Source: Octopus vulgaris
Lineage: Eukaryota
Reading direction: 5' to 3'
DNA: 64,000 bases
Assembly: GCA_951406725.2 (NCBI GenBank)
Contig: OX597828.1
Coordinates: 2,356,001 to 2,420,000 of the forward strand
In this document: positions 40,255-54,313 of the stretch, piece by piece
Layout: each line of letters opens with the position of its first letter
Numbering within the stretch: position 1 is the stretch's first letter
The notes under the pieces: model-generated
Database searches by the model: none
The model's input: the letters and a program-made list of their open reading frames with translations, nothing else
What the model was told of the DNA's origin: nothing
Position numbers and translations under genes: made by a program

Positions 40255-40627
40255 CATGGATATTTAATACTATACATTTCGGATTATATATATATTACGG
40301 AAATGTACTTGCATAGAAAGTTACTTGGTCTGAGATCGTGTGCGGAAATAAAAACAATTGCGGCGTGGAAGATGTTTATAAGCTATTTAAAAACACACAC
40401 ATATAATATATACACTTCCCATGTAACATAGAATGAAAACTTATCATAGCATGAAATTGTAACATTATCACTAACTACTTAGTCATGATTAACATAAGTG
40501 AAACTGGTCGACAATGTAAATATTTCAATTCTGTACATTTTCCTTCTTTTTATATTTTTCACTACAACGGAATTTGGAATTTTTTATACTTTTCACTACG
40601 TGGAATTTGGAATTTCTCGAACCTTTT

Positions 40628-40680
<53 letters not shown>

Positions 40681-41503
40681 CGTGCGTGTGCGCGTGTGTG
40701 CGCGTGCGTGCGCGTGTGTGCGCGTGCGTGCGCGTGTGTGCGCGTGCGTGCGCGTGCACGTACACACACACATACATACACACACAACACGCACATATGT
40801 CATATCAATACCGGCCAGGCTTTTTTTTTTAATTCATCACTGCAAGTATATTGAAGCGAACATATGAATAAATCAAAATAGTTATGAATAACTCTTTATT
40901 CGTCTTTATTTTCTAAATTCATGTCTCTAGCCACAGTAAGTTATCAATCACTCCTTGCTTATTTTTGTTTTAATTATTCATGTTATCCGAAACTACAAAA
41001 GTTCTCTTCTGTTTTTGCATATGTCTAAGTCTTATTTCTGCCACAGTCAAGGCGGGACAGTTGATACATTCCATTTGTACATAAACGCCTGTTCTCAGCA
41101 GTTCTCCTGGCTCCGGACAAAACATGCAGTCACTCCTTTATGGTGTGTTAGTTGCGAAGAGTTTGTTAACCTAGAGTGTGTCTCCCTTTCTTATTCGGCG
41201 GCCGTTACAGTTACCAACAAGCTTTTATTTTACCTTCCCTTGCAGCATAGATAATTTTTAAAAATCTAGAATTTAACTTGTATGGTACATAATATACATG
41301 CAGTGAACAATTACAGAATAGCTAAGCTGAGATTCAAAACTAAATCCACATTTTTATACATTGTCTAACAAATTCTTAATCTATTGTCTCAGCCATTTTG
41401 CACTCAGAAATTAATGGGAATGTGCTGACCTCTTGATATTTCTCAGGGCATTCTTCAGTCAATTTTGATTGATTGATTGATTGACAGACAGACAGATAGA
41501 TAT

Positions 41504-41874
41504 GGTGTGGCTGTGTGGTAAGAAGTTTGTTTCCATCCAGATGGTTTTGAGTTCAGTCCTATTCCGTGGCACCTTGGACCAGTGCCTTCTTTTATAGCCT
41601 CGTGTCGACCAAAGCCTTGTCAGTGTATTTGGTACACGGAAACTGTGAATGTGTGTTTGTGTGTCGGGGGGGGGGGGAAGTATCTTTGTGTCTGTGCTTG
41701 TTTCCCGCCACCACTTGTTAACCGGTGTTAATGTGTTTACATCCCCATGATTTACAAGTTCAGCCAAAAAGACCGACAAAATAAGTGCCAGACTTAACTG
41801 GGATCGATTCATTCGACTAAAAATTCTTAAAGGCGGTGCCCCTGCACGGTCGCAGTCTAAGATTAAAACAAGTA
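41504..41874 (+). mobile_element. SINE S1 (diverged)
   Basis: S1 head and tail. Confidence 0.8.
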
Positions 41875-41889
41875 ACACACACACACATA

Positions 41890-42335
41890 TGCGACACTCG
41901 GCAGATACCTTCTTACCCTAGCAGAGAATTATTCTCTGAGCTAACTGCAGTGAATTTGCCTTTTAGCAGTTGAAATATGTCACAAACATATTTTAACTGA
42001 CCTGAATTTTGCTTATGCCTAAACATTGCTTGGCACTAATATTATGGTAATTTCTACGATCTACCAGTGCAAATTAGTCAATGTTGTTGATTGTATATTA
42101 GTTAAAGCTGTAGCTTTAATACGGTCTGTCCAGAGTTGCCTTTCTTAGGTATTTCCCATTGATAACAGCTAAGGAGCTAAAAACACCAATGTATGGGAAT
42201 CTTGATTGATGGTGACACTGGGCAGATATGGTGTTTTTACACCTTTTTACCATAAGAGAACTTTTTTCCGTGGTAACTGCCGAGACTATGCCTCTTAGCA
42301 GTTGAAATGTCACAAACATTTTAACTAACCTAAAC
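41890..42335 (+). mobile_element. Tandem PLE terminal-repeat remnants, with decayed U3-A8 hammerhead at 42153-42199
   Basis: Two copies of ..taactgc..gcagttgaaat..tcacaaacat.. homologous to 20160-20355. Motif is TTCCCA-TTGATAA-C-AGCT/aagg/AGCT-AAAAAC..GTA-TGGGAA. Confidence 0.65.
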
Positions 42336-42340
42336 TTTAC

Positions 42341-42379
<39 letters not shown>

Positions 42380-42396
42380 TGTGTTTATGTGTGTGC

Positions 42397-42449
<53 letters not shown>

Positions 42450-42469
42450 CGTGCGTGCGTGTTTATATC

Positions 42470-43450
42470 AGAGGTGGAATTAGTAAGGTGAGAGTCAACA
42501 ATGAATACAGTGATGAATCTAACGTGAAGATAAAGATTCACCAGGGTTCCGTTTTCAGTCCCCTTCTGTTTACAACAGGTCTCTAGACTTTAAAAGAGGT
42601 TTCAGACTAGTTGCCAGCGTGAGCATCGGTGAGCAGATAGCATTGTTCTCATCACTGAATGAGAGCAGAAGGTTTAGAGAAATAACTGCAGACTTGAAAG
42701 TAAAACCTAAAATCTAGAAACCTCATAGGAAAATTTAGTCAAGACTGAAATAGAAAGTAACAAAGAAGACAAGTCCTGCAACAGTCAGAGAAATTGTAGT
42801 AATTGATAAACAAATAAAGGGTTGATAATTTCTCGGCACTGTGTACTTAGTGTAAACAAGAGGTGCAGTGGAAACATGGGCGGACTAACGAAGAAAAAAG
42901 ATTTTCACGCTGCGATCCACAGAAGCGGTGAGTATTAAAAACAAACGTGAAATAATGTCTTGACGGCTCTCTCTCTAAAAGCAAATTAGCCAGAGTAAAA
43001 TTGGGCAGGAAGAATCGGGGAGCTAAATATTGCAGGTAAACCAAATTGTCTGTCTTTATAAGAAGTACGGTGCTGCACGATAATGAAACGTGGGCACTAA
43101 ATGCAGAAGATTTGTAAAGACTTGAAAGAAATCAATCAAACATATATTGCTAAATTTCTAATTTTAGTGTACATGGAAGGTGAAGACCAAATAAGGTGGG
43201 AGAAAATCCGTGAAAGTAAGAGAAATATGATGTGGTGTGGTACGGGTGAATGAAATGTACGAAAACTGAGGTGATAAAAAAGGTGCAGGGAGTGGATGAA
43301 TTCTGGGATACAGAGAAACCCAAGAAGATATGGGACGAAATAGGGAAGATTGATTTCAGGACGATTTCAGGAGATAAATTACCGCGATGATTGGAAACGT
43401 ACAATGCTAGAAAAGACTCGCCTACCCGAGCAAGTCTGGTAAAACAAACG
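42470..43450 (+). mobile_element. Highly degraded RTE-like LINE 3' part
   Basis: VRVNNEYSDE..IHQGSVFSPLLF, followed by relics of KRCS and HDNETWALNAEDL. Confidence 0.7.
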
Positions 43451-44341
43451 TTGGTAGTGGGGGGTATTAAATACTGACATTTTAGGCCAATGAATCTCTC
43501 CCGCCTTGGTACCCACTCAACTCTGCCGTTCACACATTCTCCAGACACCGCCTCTCCTATTAACTGCACTATGCTGCCTGTGTAACTAAAGAAAGCAGTA
43601 AATCTTTCCAATTCACTGAACAATACTGCTTGTATTACATGGAATGTCACTGAGCTCAACTCAACCTACCGTCCCTCGCACACTCACCCGTTCTTCCATT
43701 CAATCCCCTACCATTATTCTTATCCTTGTACTACTTCCGTTCAGTATGAGACTTGTGTGTATTTATAAAAGATGGTAGGGTCTATTTTCACTTTTTCTGA
43801 ATTCTCTCCTACTCCGAGCGATAGCTAACTTTTTCTCTTACCATCACTCACTCTTAGCAATCACTCACTCGCCCCATTATACTATCCCTTACACTCCTGT
43901 CTCTTGCTATCAACATACAGTTGTTCCCTTCACCCACCCATCCTGGGCTTTTGTTCAGTCGTCACCCTTTCTCTTTATTCGCCGTACTGGTCATGTTGTT
44001 TTGAATGAAAGGATAAAGCCAAGATCTCAATTCTCATGATTACAAAGTGAATTTCCCAAACAATTATTCAGACATCGCACACACGAAACTATCGTATCAA
44101 AAGTAGAAAATAATTTCTTCAAGCTATATTTACATCTATCAATTAGTCTGTCTGTCTGTCTCCATACGTTTAAATTTTGTCTAGGATATTCTTGTAGTTT
44201 TATTGTCTAAACTGTCCAGTTATCTAATTTATATATTTTATACTCATGTCGATGTGTATTAACATATATGTTAATACACATGTGTATGCGATAATATATG
44301 TCTGGTTATTATGCCCCTATGTGAGTGCATGTTTATGTAGA

Positions 44342-45672
44342 TATTATAGCCTTGTTAAGCTATACGTAAACAAACGAGTGGAGACGAGTATGCATTTACC
44401 AAAAGTTTATTACTTTAGGTACAAAAGGGCTTAAGTCGTCAGTTATTTTTGTATAGTTCCTCCAGATTCGTTTCACGCACGCTGCTGTCATTCATCTGTT
44501 ACCGTTCTCCGCCTGGAAGTCCTTTTCTTTCCTGGTGACCAACTTCCTAGTTAGCCCGCAACGAAGTATCTGTCTACAGTTCGTCTGTCACGAATCCTAC
44601 CCTACCTAGCTCCCCCTCCAGTCCAATTTGGCCCGTTAAGTCTGGTTGTCAGTGATTCCTTCAGGCGGCGGTAAAATATCTCCACTAATCCGTTGGCCTG
44701 TGGGTGGTAGGCTGTTGTGCGGTTCATTGTGATTCCGAAAAGATCATACATGTCATTCCACAGCTTTGAGGTGAATTGTGAACCCCGATTGGATGATATG
44801 CTATCTGGAACACCGAAACGAGCGACCCAGTTCGCGATGAAAGCTCGGCTTAACCCTACCCAGTCTCGGACCCGGCCCTATGCCGTTGAACAATGGATAA
44901 AAAAAATGCCTGTCAGTTGCCTTTGCTAATTGATTTCGGTCTGAGTTCTGAGGGCCTGGACCTGGGGTGGCAGCTTGCGGAGGAATATTTCTTTAAACAA
45001 AAAGGAAGGTAACTCACCGGGGGTGGGGACTAATGCCAACATCCTGTCCATCAGTTCTGACGGCTTGAAATCGTCTAATTCCTCCTCCAGTATCCTGGCT
45101 GCCGCTTCTCTTTCACTGCGTCGGAATGTATCCACTTGCTTATCTTTCACTATGGCATATTTGTTTATTGGTGGGGGTGGGTTAAAATGTCCAGCACCCT
45201 CGTTGCTGTGTCTTCGTCTAGTGTCGCCACAGCTTGCGAGTACTCTGTTTGGTCAGCCGTTATCTTGTTTATATCAAATTGAGCTTCTGCCTGCACGAAC
45301 CACAACTCAGCCCTCTTAGACCAGAACTGTGGTAGCCTCAGTGGTGTTTTGTTGCCAGCCATGTTTGTTTCGGTAGCGGGAGCTGCTGTCCGATCGTCGG
45401 AGTCACCAGTTATAGCCTTGTTAAGCTATACGTAAACAAACGAGTGGAGACGAGTATGCATTTATTAAAGGTTTATTACTTTAGGTACAATAGGGCTTAA
45501 GTCGACAGTTATTTTTGTATAGTTCCTTCAGATTCGTTTCACGCACGCTGCTGTCATTCATCTGTTACCGTTCTCCGCCTGGAAGTCCTTTTCTTTCCTG
45601 GTGACCAACTTCCTAGTTAGCCCGCAGCGAAGTATCTGACCACAGTTCGTCTGCCACGAATCCTACCCCACA
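44342..45672 (-). mobile_element. Internally deleted Gypsy LTR retrotransposon (CsRn1/Mag-like)
   Basis: ~265-bp LTRs at 44342-44606 and 45409-45672. PBS TGGTGACTCCGACG is complementary to the tRNA-Trp 3' end; PPT is GGAGGGGGAG. Gag LPQFW..WFVQAEAQF and integrase FGVP..NRGSQFTS..TTAYHPQANGLVE. Confidence 0.95.
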
Positions 45673-45894
45673 ATAGGCATATTGCTGGGTGTGGCTTCTC
45701 AGTTTCAAACTGTATTAGATAATATATTTATATGCACGTTGTCAATGAAATCAACCTCATGTATACGTCCCGAAATAAACTTACACTTCATTTTAATGGC
45801 TCTGGGGACGCTAAAGAATGCTGCACATGTACTAAAATTTGAGTGCACTGCTTCTTATAGCAGAAACAGTTGTAAGCCAATTATGTTGTTTCCA

Positions 45895-46662
45895 GTGCAA
45901 GCTTAGGGCATATAAGAGGTGTAGTGGTATCACAGGAAAGTTAATGGAGAAAATAGTCATTTTGTGTGACAAATGTGCAGTTACAATAAGCACTAAAAAT
46001 GCACAGACAATGCACTCCCTCAGATGCTTAGGGGCTTCATTAGAAGTAGTTGATAACTACTGTTACTTAGGCGATCAAGTTAGCAGTGGAGGAGGAAAAT
46101 CTAAAAGTGTAATTGCTAGAATAAGAACGAGCTGGGTAAAGTTCAGAGAGTTGCTATCTTTGTTGGTAACTAAGGACCTCTCCCTCTGAGTGAAAGGCAG
46201 ATTGTATAATGCCTGTGTACATGCATGGCAGTGAAAGATGGGCTTTGACTACAGAGGACTTGTGAAGGCTTGGGAGAAATGAAGCCAGCATGCTAAGCTG
46301 GATGGGAAATGTCAGAGTGTAAATGATTTAAGAGGAAAATTAGGTATATGAGGCATCAGATGCTGTGTGCAAGAGAGAAGACTGTGCTGGTTTGGTAATG
46401 TGATGCATACAGGTTGGTCCTTTACAGGTGCCAGTATCACATAAAATGAATTCGTGCTGGTACTGAATAAATGCACTCATGCCAGTGCCATGTAACAAGC
46501 ACCCGGCACAATCTGTAAAGTGGTTGGCATTAGGAAGGGCATCCAGCTGTAGAAACCATGCCACAACAGACAATTGGAGTCTGAACAGCTCCCTGGCTTG
46601 CCAGCTCCTGTCAAACCGTCCAACCCATGCCAGCATGGAAAGTGGATGTTAAATGATGATGT

Positions 46663-46701
<39 letters not shown>
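45895..46701 (+). mobile_element. RTE-like LINE 3' fragment with (GAT)n tail
   Basis: CKL..KRCSGI..CDKC..LEVVDNYCYLGD..WVKFRELL; homologous to 62491-63803. Confidence 0.85.
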
Positions 46702-46731
<30 letters not shown>

Positions 46732-46738
46732 CATATAT

Positions 46739-47840
46739 ACAGGGTGTCTCAAAAAATATATACACACATTGAATGATCACAAAGTCAGTGTTTATTAAAA
46801 CACATTTTCAAAATTTATTGGAATGTACAGGCATAATTTAATTTTGTTACGAATGCCTGTTGACGACTGTTCTGGTCCAGGCATTGCAGATAACACAAAA
46901 CAAGGGAATCATGAAAGATCAAGAAACATTTCAGTCAGTTTTGTGCTTGTTTTTGTTAAATGGCTGATATTGGTTTATCAGTTGTTGCTAGTTTTGTACC
47001 ATAAATTTTTAAGTATCCCATAAAAAAGTCTTGGTGGTGAAAGTTCCAGTAAACATGGAAGGTATTCTACTTAGCCTCTTCATCCATCCCACCTATTTGA
47101 CAAAATCTCATTAAAGTGGGCCCTGTCCAGCTAGAAAGAAAATTCTACACCTTCAAATAACTCTTGAATGTTTGGCATGAAAGATAGTTGGAGCAAGTTT
47201 GAGGAAATAACACCAGTCATCATCATCATCATCAACATTTAGCTTCTATTTTCCATGCTGGCATGGGTAGGACGGCTTGACAAGAACTGGAAAGGCCAGG
47301 GGTTGCGCCAGATTCCATAGACTGTTTTGACATGATCCCTAATGCTAATCACCTTACAGAGTCTACTGGGTGCATTTTATGAGGCACCAACACCAGTGCA
47401 TTTTATGTGGGATCCACACCAATGTTTTTCACATGGTCCCTTGGTTTTAGGTTCTCAACTCTGCTGTGGTGGGCAGATCTTCTTAAGTACAGCAAAGCAC
47501 CTCTGATTTTGGGCCTCTGTCATTGTACCATCAAAAAAGAATGGTTCAATTAATCCTTTCAATAAGGCACACCACACTATAACTTCTGGCAAATTAGCAT
47601 GATCTTCCTCCATCATATGCAGATTCTCTAAGAACTCCAGTGGGTGCAATTGTGGCAGTTAATTGATCCATTTAATTTCAATATAGCCTCATCACTGCAA
47701 ACAATCTTTGTCGGTGAAGTGTACATGTTCTCCACATCTTGTCAAGAACCTCCAGCAAAACTCCACTCTTACATCTGGATCCTCTTCATTGAGAGCATGG
47801 ACTCTTCTTGGAATGTAAAATTTCCAATGGCAGTCCCAAT
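46739..47840 (-). mobile_element. Tc1/mariner-superfamily remnant with nested RTE 3'-tail (47218-47515)
   Basis: TA-cagggtg terminus and VWCA..GLIEPFFFDGT motif, interrupted by an inverted RTE tail. Confidence 0.65.
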
Positions 47841-47921
47841 TCTACTATAGCCTTGGGCCAACCAAAGCCTTGTGAGTGGATTTGGATGACAGAAACTGAA
47901 GAACGCTCATCATATATATAT

Positions 47922-48293
47922 GGCACAGGAGTGATTGCATGGTAAGAAGCTTGCTTCCCAGCCACATGGTTCTGGGTTCAGTCCCACTGCGTGTGTTCTA
48001 CTATAGCCTTGGGCCAACCAAGGCCTCATGAGTGGATTTGGTAGATGGAAACTGAAAGAAGCCCGTCATGTGTGTGTGTGTGTATTTGTGTGTTTGTGTC
48101 TGTGTTTGTTCCCCCACCATCACTTGACAACTGATGTTGGTGTGTTTATATCCTCATAACTTAGCAGTTTGGCAAAATCGACTGATAGAATAGGCTTACA
48201 AAGAATATGTCCAGGGGTTGATTTCCTCGAATAAAAGGCAGTGCTCCAACATGGCCGCAGTCAAATGACTGAAATGAGTAAAAGAATAAAAGA
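47922..48293 (+). mobile_element. SINE S1
   Basis: S1 head and tail; partial copy immediately upstream (47843-47905). Confidence 0.85.
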
Positions 48294-48609
48294 ATATACA
48301 CATACATACATATATGCATAAATATACCCATATAAATATTCATACACACACACACATACACAATGAGATATGCACATATTCATAATATGCATAAATGTAT
48401 ATACATAGAGACATGCACATACACACACATGCATGCATGCACACACACATACTTGCAAATTCAGATGTATACGTATATAGAGAGAGAATGAGGGATAGAT
48501 ATAAATAAGGGAATAAATACCTAGCTACACAAACGAATATATTTATATAAATGAGCAGAGCAGACACTCAAACATATTCATACATGAAAAGCACATGTAT
48601 ACATACATA

Positions 48610-49368
48610 CACCAGGTTGAAGCAAAAGATTTTTCATATTTCAAGCTTTAATTAATAGTGCAAACAAATTACATACAAAAAACGTATATTCATTCAGATG
48701 TAAAGTGCCTCTCATCATGTCCGATTGTCTGTTGCCATTGTTGTGCCAAAAGCTCAATTCCATGCTTATATTACTTGGCTGGTTTAGAGGCAAAAAACTA
48801 CAGGCACCTGTTTTTAACCTCACCCATATTGTTGAACATTTGTTTGAGTGGGAAATGAGTTCTGGTCTGGAAAAGGTGATAATCTGAATGTGCAGCATCT
48901 GGACTGTAAGCAAGGTGAGGCAACACTTCTAAGTCACTTAAGTTCCTCAAATTTACACTTGGTCACATTGGCCATGTGTACTGGGGCATTATCATTACAT
49001 AAGAGTGTCTTTAATTGTAGTGGGCTTTCAAAGCATCATATACTCATTGTACTTAGTGAGAATAACGGTTAGCGTACACAGCATGACCATCTGGGACAAG
49101 CTCAAAATACAACACCCTGCTTGAAATTCCACCAAACACACAACCTGCTACCTTGCACTCAGACCATTTTTCTACAGGTAGCATACAATGGGTCTAATTT
49201 AAATTTTTTCCCCACACGTAATGAAAGCTGTAAAAGAAAGAATAAACAATTAAATGCACATGCAACTATGTACCTACACACATATACACACATATTTACA
49301 TTCAGATAACACAGCCTAAAGTATATACGCTCACAGACCCACACTCTCACTCTTCAGTTTAACCTTGT
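48610..49368 (-). mobile_element. Tc1-like remnant
   Basis: Imperfect termini (ccaggttgaa / ttaaccttg) and SPD/LxP-like relics. Confidence 0.45.
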
Positions 49369-49639
49369 ATCGTTGTCTAGTCTGATATTTTGGTCAGTAG
49401 TTTATCAAATGTTTTCTTGAATATTAATAGTGGTTCCTTTTTATTTCTGATTTCTTTAGGTTGGCAGCTAAACACTTGAATGTCTCTAAATATCATATTA
49501 TTTTAATAGAGTGTCTTTGCTTATGATATTGAAGGTGGTGTATGTGGAATCTTGTGGTATCTATCAGTTCATGCAGTAAAGATTTCTTTAATGCTGAAGT
49601 TTGGAACATGACTTTCTAGGATCTTCCATATATAAGTAA

Positions 49640-49839
49640 TGATTTCAAATTTTGTCACAAAGACAGAAATTTCAGGGGAGGGGATAAGTCAAAGTGCTCA
49701 ACTGATATGTATTTTATCAACTCCAAAAGGATGAAAGGCAAAGTCGACCTTGGTGGAATTTAACTCAGAATGTAAAAACAGATGAAATACAACAAAGCAT
49801 TTGCCTGGCATGTGGATGATTCTGCCAGCCTGCTGCCTT
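49640..49839 (-). mobile_element. SINE S2
   Basis: Homologous to 2898-3103. Confidence 0.8.
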
Positions 49840-49999
49840 ACACCAACTCGCTACCTTCTTCCATACATAGATAATGACATATCTCTCTCATTCCCGATGT
49901 CATTCAAGAGAGTAGAGACGCAGAACTTTGAGATGCTCACAGGAAATTAAATTCTTTAATCAAAATTATTTTACTACTGAAGATTCTCTGAAACCCTTT

Positions 50000-50666
50000 A
50001 ATTTCTTCTTTAAGATCAGGTGTGTATGGAGGCCAAAGTTGTGAAAAGTAATCTAGTCTATTCAAAACCAAGGTTTTCCATAGAGTCAGCATATGGTTCC
50101 CTTGTAATGAAGGTTCATAGGATCTATCCTATAAGGTGTCTAAATTTAGAGATCAAGTTGGTGATGTATGGGATGAAAGATGCATCATTTGACATGATTA
50201 CTCTAAGTCCCATATTTTATTAAAGCTTTGAATTGTTGTGTTATCTGGTGTCAAATAATTTGCATTGTGCTTGACCACTCCGTAATGAAGAGCTTGAAAT
50301 TTTGATATGTTCAGTTTCATATTATTTCCAGCCATCTATCAATAGATGAGATTTAGCTCACTCAAGAGTGTGGCAGCATCTTTTGCAGTTTGGATAGCTA
50401 CTAATACTTTTGTGTCAATGGCATAACTCATTGGATTGGCTGAAAGAATCAGTGACCTTATACCTGATAGGGTAATGATAAATAACAGTTGTTCTAGAAC
50501 TGTACCTTGAGACATATCACTTACTACAGATGACTTGGCAGAGAGGAGACCATCTGCAGCAACAGATTCATTCCTATCCTGTAGTAAGTCAAAGAGCCAT
50601 ACTCAGAGTTTTCTTGTGATACCAAGATCCTTTATCTTATAACAGATAATTCCATGATCACTCTTG
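50000..50666 (-). mobile_element. Degraded CR1/L2-like RT fragment
   Basis: SDHGIIC..GITRKL..SQGTVL..AIDTK relics. Confidence 0.6.
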
Positions 50667-50667
50667 T

Positions 50668-50695
<28 letters not shown>

Positions 50696-50699
<4 letters not shown>

Positions 50700-51518
50700 G
50701 CGTAACACCAAAATTGTCACACTCACAAATTCTTAAAATTTTTTTAAACCAATAAACAAATCAATTTGCAATTTTTCCATTTTTCCAGATAAGACATCTG
50801 GCCATACTGACACCAGTTTTTGTAAGAATCAGTGAAATACCCATTGAAATATTTAGTTAGAAATCGTTTTGTGTCAGCCTCACCATGTCTTCCCAAATGA
50901 GCAGTGTTGAGAGGGCTAAGATCATCGAAGCCTTCAGTAATGGTAACCAACATTTATTCTCTGGCTTCCATCTTCAAAGTTCATTCAAGAACCATCAAGA
51001 TAATTGTGAATAAGTTTGAGACAGAAGAAACAGTGGAAAGGAAACTGGACCAGGAGGACACAACTGCAAGAGGGATCATCATTTTAATCTGGAGCTGAAA
51101 AGATCAATCAGAAGAGATCCAACTCAATCCATAGGATGTTTGACGCATAAGGGAAGAGTTTCAGCTATGGAAATTACAAAAGTGGTAACAGAAGACTTGA
51201 AAATGAAATCGTACTGAGACCTGTGAGGCACCTTGTTACTCCAAGGTTAGAAGATTGGAGAGGGTGAAGATCATCTTGAACAAAGTGATACTTAATCCTG
51301 GAGTGATATTTTACACAGATTAGAAGAATTGCATCCAAGATATGCACACAAACAAACATATTCTGGCTTCACCTCCTCATGAGAGAAGCCAAAAATCTGG
51401 CCTGTGATGGCAAGAAGATGCCATTGATAATCTTTAATTCCATTATCTTTAAGCTTTCCTGAGATACAAAGGTTCAAAGATGAATAAAAAATTTGGCCAA
51501 TTTTGCTGATACACCTGG
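50696..51518 (+). mobile_element. Non-autonomous Tc1/mariner derivative
   Basis: TIRs caggcgtaacaccaaaattg / caattttgctgatacacctgg with TA flanks; internal HTH-like relic. Confidence 0.65.
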
Positions 51519-52732
51519 TATATATATATGTGTGTAGTTTGCTTTTACGTTAAGGTAACATCAACGAAAATAGTCCTCCACCTAACGAGAGATAAGTGTT
51601 GTTTAATGTACATAACAATATAGTTATGAGCTGCTAGTAGTTTGATACATTGGAGATGTTTTCCAGGCAGGGTTTAATAACATGCCTGGTGTCTCCAGGC
51701 TCTGAGCACATGGCCTAAACAAGTTACAGAAAAGAGGAAGGTAAATGCTAAAAGTGGGAAAAGAAAGAGGAAAAAGGCACAATATGCGGATACATGGAGA
51801 AGTTTCTTTCAGTGAATTGGAGAACTCTACCCTCTCTAGATTGGGCAGCTGTATCACAGACTTTAGACTCCTTTGGTGATTCCACATCAACTAGCTTTAT
51901 GGCTTTACAGTCAAAGGGGACATAACTCTAATTCTTTTGTTTTTCACCTTTTCTTCCACCAGTCCATTTTTTGTTTCTACCTTCCTCCTGTTTTTTTCTC
52001 TTGTTCTGATTTGTAACTTGTATAGGCCTATGCTAAGAGCCTGAAGATCCCTAGGAGACACTAAGCATGTTATAAATTCCTGCCTTGAAAACATCTCCAA
52101 TGTATGAAGGTATTACCAGCTAAAAACTATATACTTAAACAAAATATATGTACACACACACACGTACATACATACTTGTTTGTTTCCATGTTCAGTTATA
52201 ATAAAATCAATTTGACATTAGTATGATGGGTTACTCTATACTTTTGCAGAATACAAATTTATTATTCATATACAAGAATGTTGTTATCAATAACTTTGAA
52301 GCCACTGTCAACATTTCTGTATAAGAATTATGCCAGCATGGAAGACGAACGTTAAATAAGGATGATGATGATGATGATGATATATATATATATATATATA
52401 TATATAATCTTTGTTATAGAAAGTGTCTTAGATTTTAGATTCAGAAATTATTGTGTCTATAAAATGAGACAACTTGATGATGAGATAATAGGTTTTCTAT
52501 TTAAATTTCACAATATGGCTTATACAAACACCAAGTAGGTTATTTTATGTCATTTTGACATTTGTCTACTTTCACATATTCTCAATAGCTGACGCCTCAA
52601 TACAAGGATCCAACTAAGTGCTTTCTGGAATTTTCTGCTTGTGGTGTTTTTGCAAAAAAATAAAAACTAGATTTGGAAGAATTTTTGGATTTCAGATTAT
52701 ATATGGTCATATATAAATGTGTGTGTAGACAT

Positions 52733-52769
<37 letters not shown>

Positions 52770-52781
52770 AATATATATATA

Positions 52782-53697
52782 TTGGTTCATCTCATAAATA
52801 ATGTGGTATTTTCAATTGCATGAACTAAAAATCAAAGGAGCATAGGATAAACTACCTGCACCAACTTGCTATAAAAGCAGGTAATAATTTTACCTTCTAC
52901 TTATTCTTAGTGCAAGTTTTGAGGAGTGCAATTCGATTTTAACAGTAATTGTGGGTTCCTCACAAATTTTCCGATTCTAATCGTGCACAGAGAGTGAATG
53001 TGTGCTCTTCTTTGTTGTCACGTCTCACGAATGAACCTTGTTTGGACCAAATAGTGACTGGTGACAAAACATGGGTTCTCTATAAAAATGTCAAGTGCTG
53101 AAGAGAGTGGGTAGGGCAAGGAGAAACACCAGCACCCCAGGCTAAAGGTCTTCACCCTCATAATGTGTTGTTATCTGTTTGGTGGGATATGAAAGGTTTA
53201 GCCCGCTTTGATCTTTTAAACACAAATCAAATGATAACAAAGGAGATCTACTGTGAGCAGCTTGAGCAGTTTAAGTTAGCACTAGAAGAAAAACAACCAT
53301 CTTTGGTTTCAAGACGAAAGGTGTTCTTCCATCAGGATAATGTTCGGCCACATACAGCGAGGATGAAATTCCAAAGGGTGAAGCAGTTTGAATGGGAAAT
53401 GATGCCCCACCCACCATATTCACTGGACATTGCCCCATCTAATTATCGTTTATTTTGCAGTTTTCAAAATCATTTGGACGGGAAAAAAAAGAATTGTAGA
53501 CGAGGTCAGAACAATACTGGAGGAGTATTTTTCATCACGGTCAAGTGAATTTTGGAAGAGGAGCTTTGCAAGTCTACCGGATAGATGGAAGAGCATTGTA
53601 GAAAATGAAGGAATATATTTTAAAATAAAAAAGAACTTTATCTTAATTTTGAAAAATAAAAGTGTAAAAAAAACGCATTATTTATGGGAGGACCCAA
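52782..53697 (+). mobile_element. Internally deleted mariner element
   Basis: TIRs ttggttcatctcataaataatg / cattatttatgggaggacccaa with TA TSD. Motifs VTGDKTWVLY, LSVWWD, HQDNVRPH, HPPYSLDIAPS; N-terminus missing. Confidence 0.92.
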
Positions 53698-54313
53698 TAT
53701 ATATGTATGTATGTACACTAGGGGACGCTGAAAACTTCCTGGCTTTAAGGGTATTGCGAAAAACCTAGTTGGGGGGCCCAACCTTCTGAGTTCTTTTACA
53801 AGGCTTGAAAAATCTGAAGGACTGCTGCAATAAGTGTGTAAATCTGAGAGGGAGAATATGTTGAATAAAATCATAATTAACTGACTTTACCCAAAGTAAC
53901 TCCTCATATATAGACAGACAGACAGATTGATAGCTAGAGACAGATAGACATCTTGGTCTGAATTGGCTCCTAAGACATTCATTGGTTCTCTTTATAGGTG
54001 TAATTCAATTAGTATTTCTTGGTTCACTATGAAGAAAAGCAAAGTCAATATTTATGGGATTTAAACTCAGTGTACACAATGAACTACCATGAGACATTTT
54101 GTCCATCACTCTGCCAATTCTGGCCTAACAATGGTCAATTCTAACATCATGAACTCCTATAAATACTTTTTGGCTGATTCTAATATTCACCATCATCACA
54201 TTACTTGGAGTTCACATTTTTACCATTTAATACAACAGCCTGGAGTTTGAGACTTATATAAGAATGAAGCTTGGGACAGAAAAATATGAATTCAGAGACA
54301 TACGTGATTAAGT

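Noticed and set aside
51624-52100. Minus-strand basic ORFs
   Set aside because: Possibly a LINE ORF1 relic, but there is no diagnostic motif to support a call.
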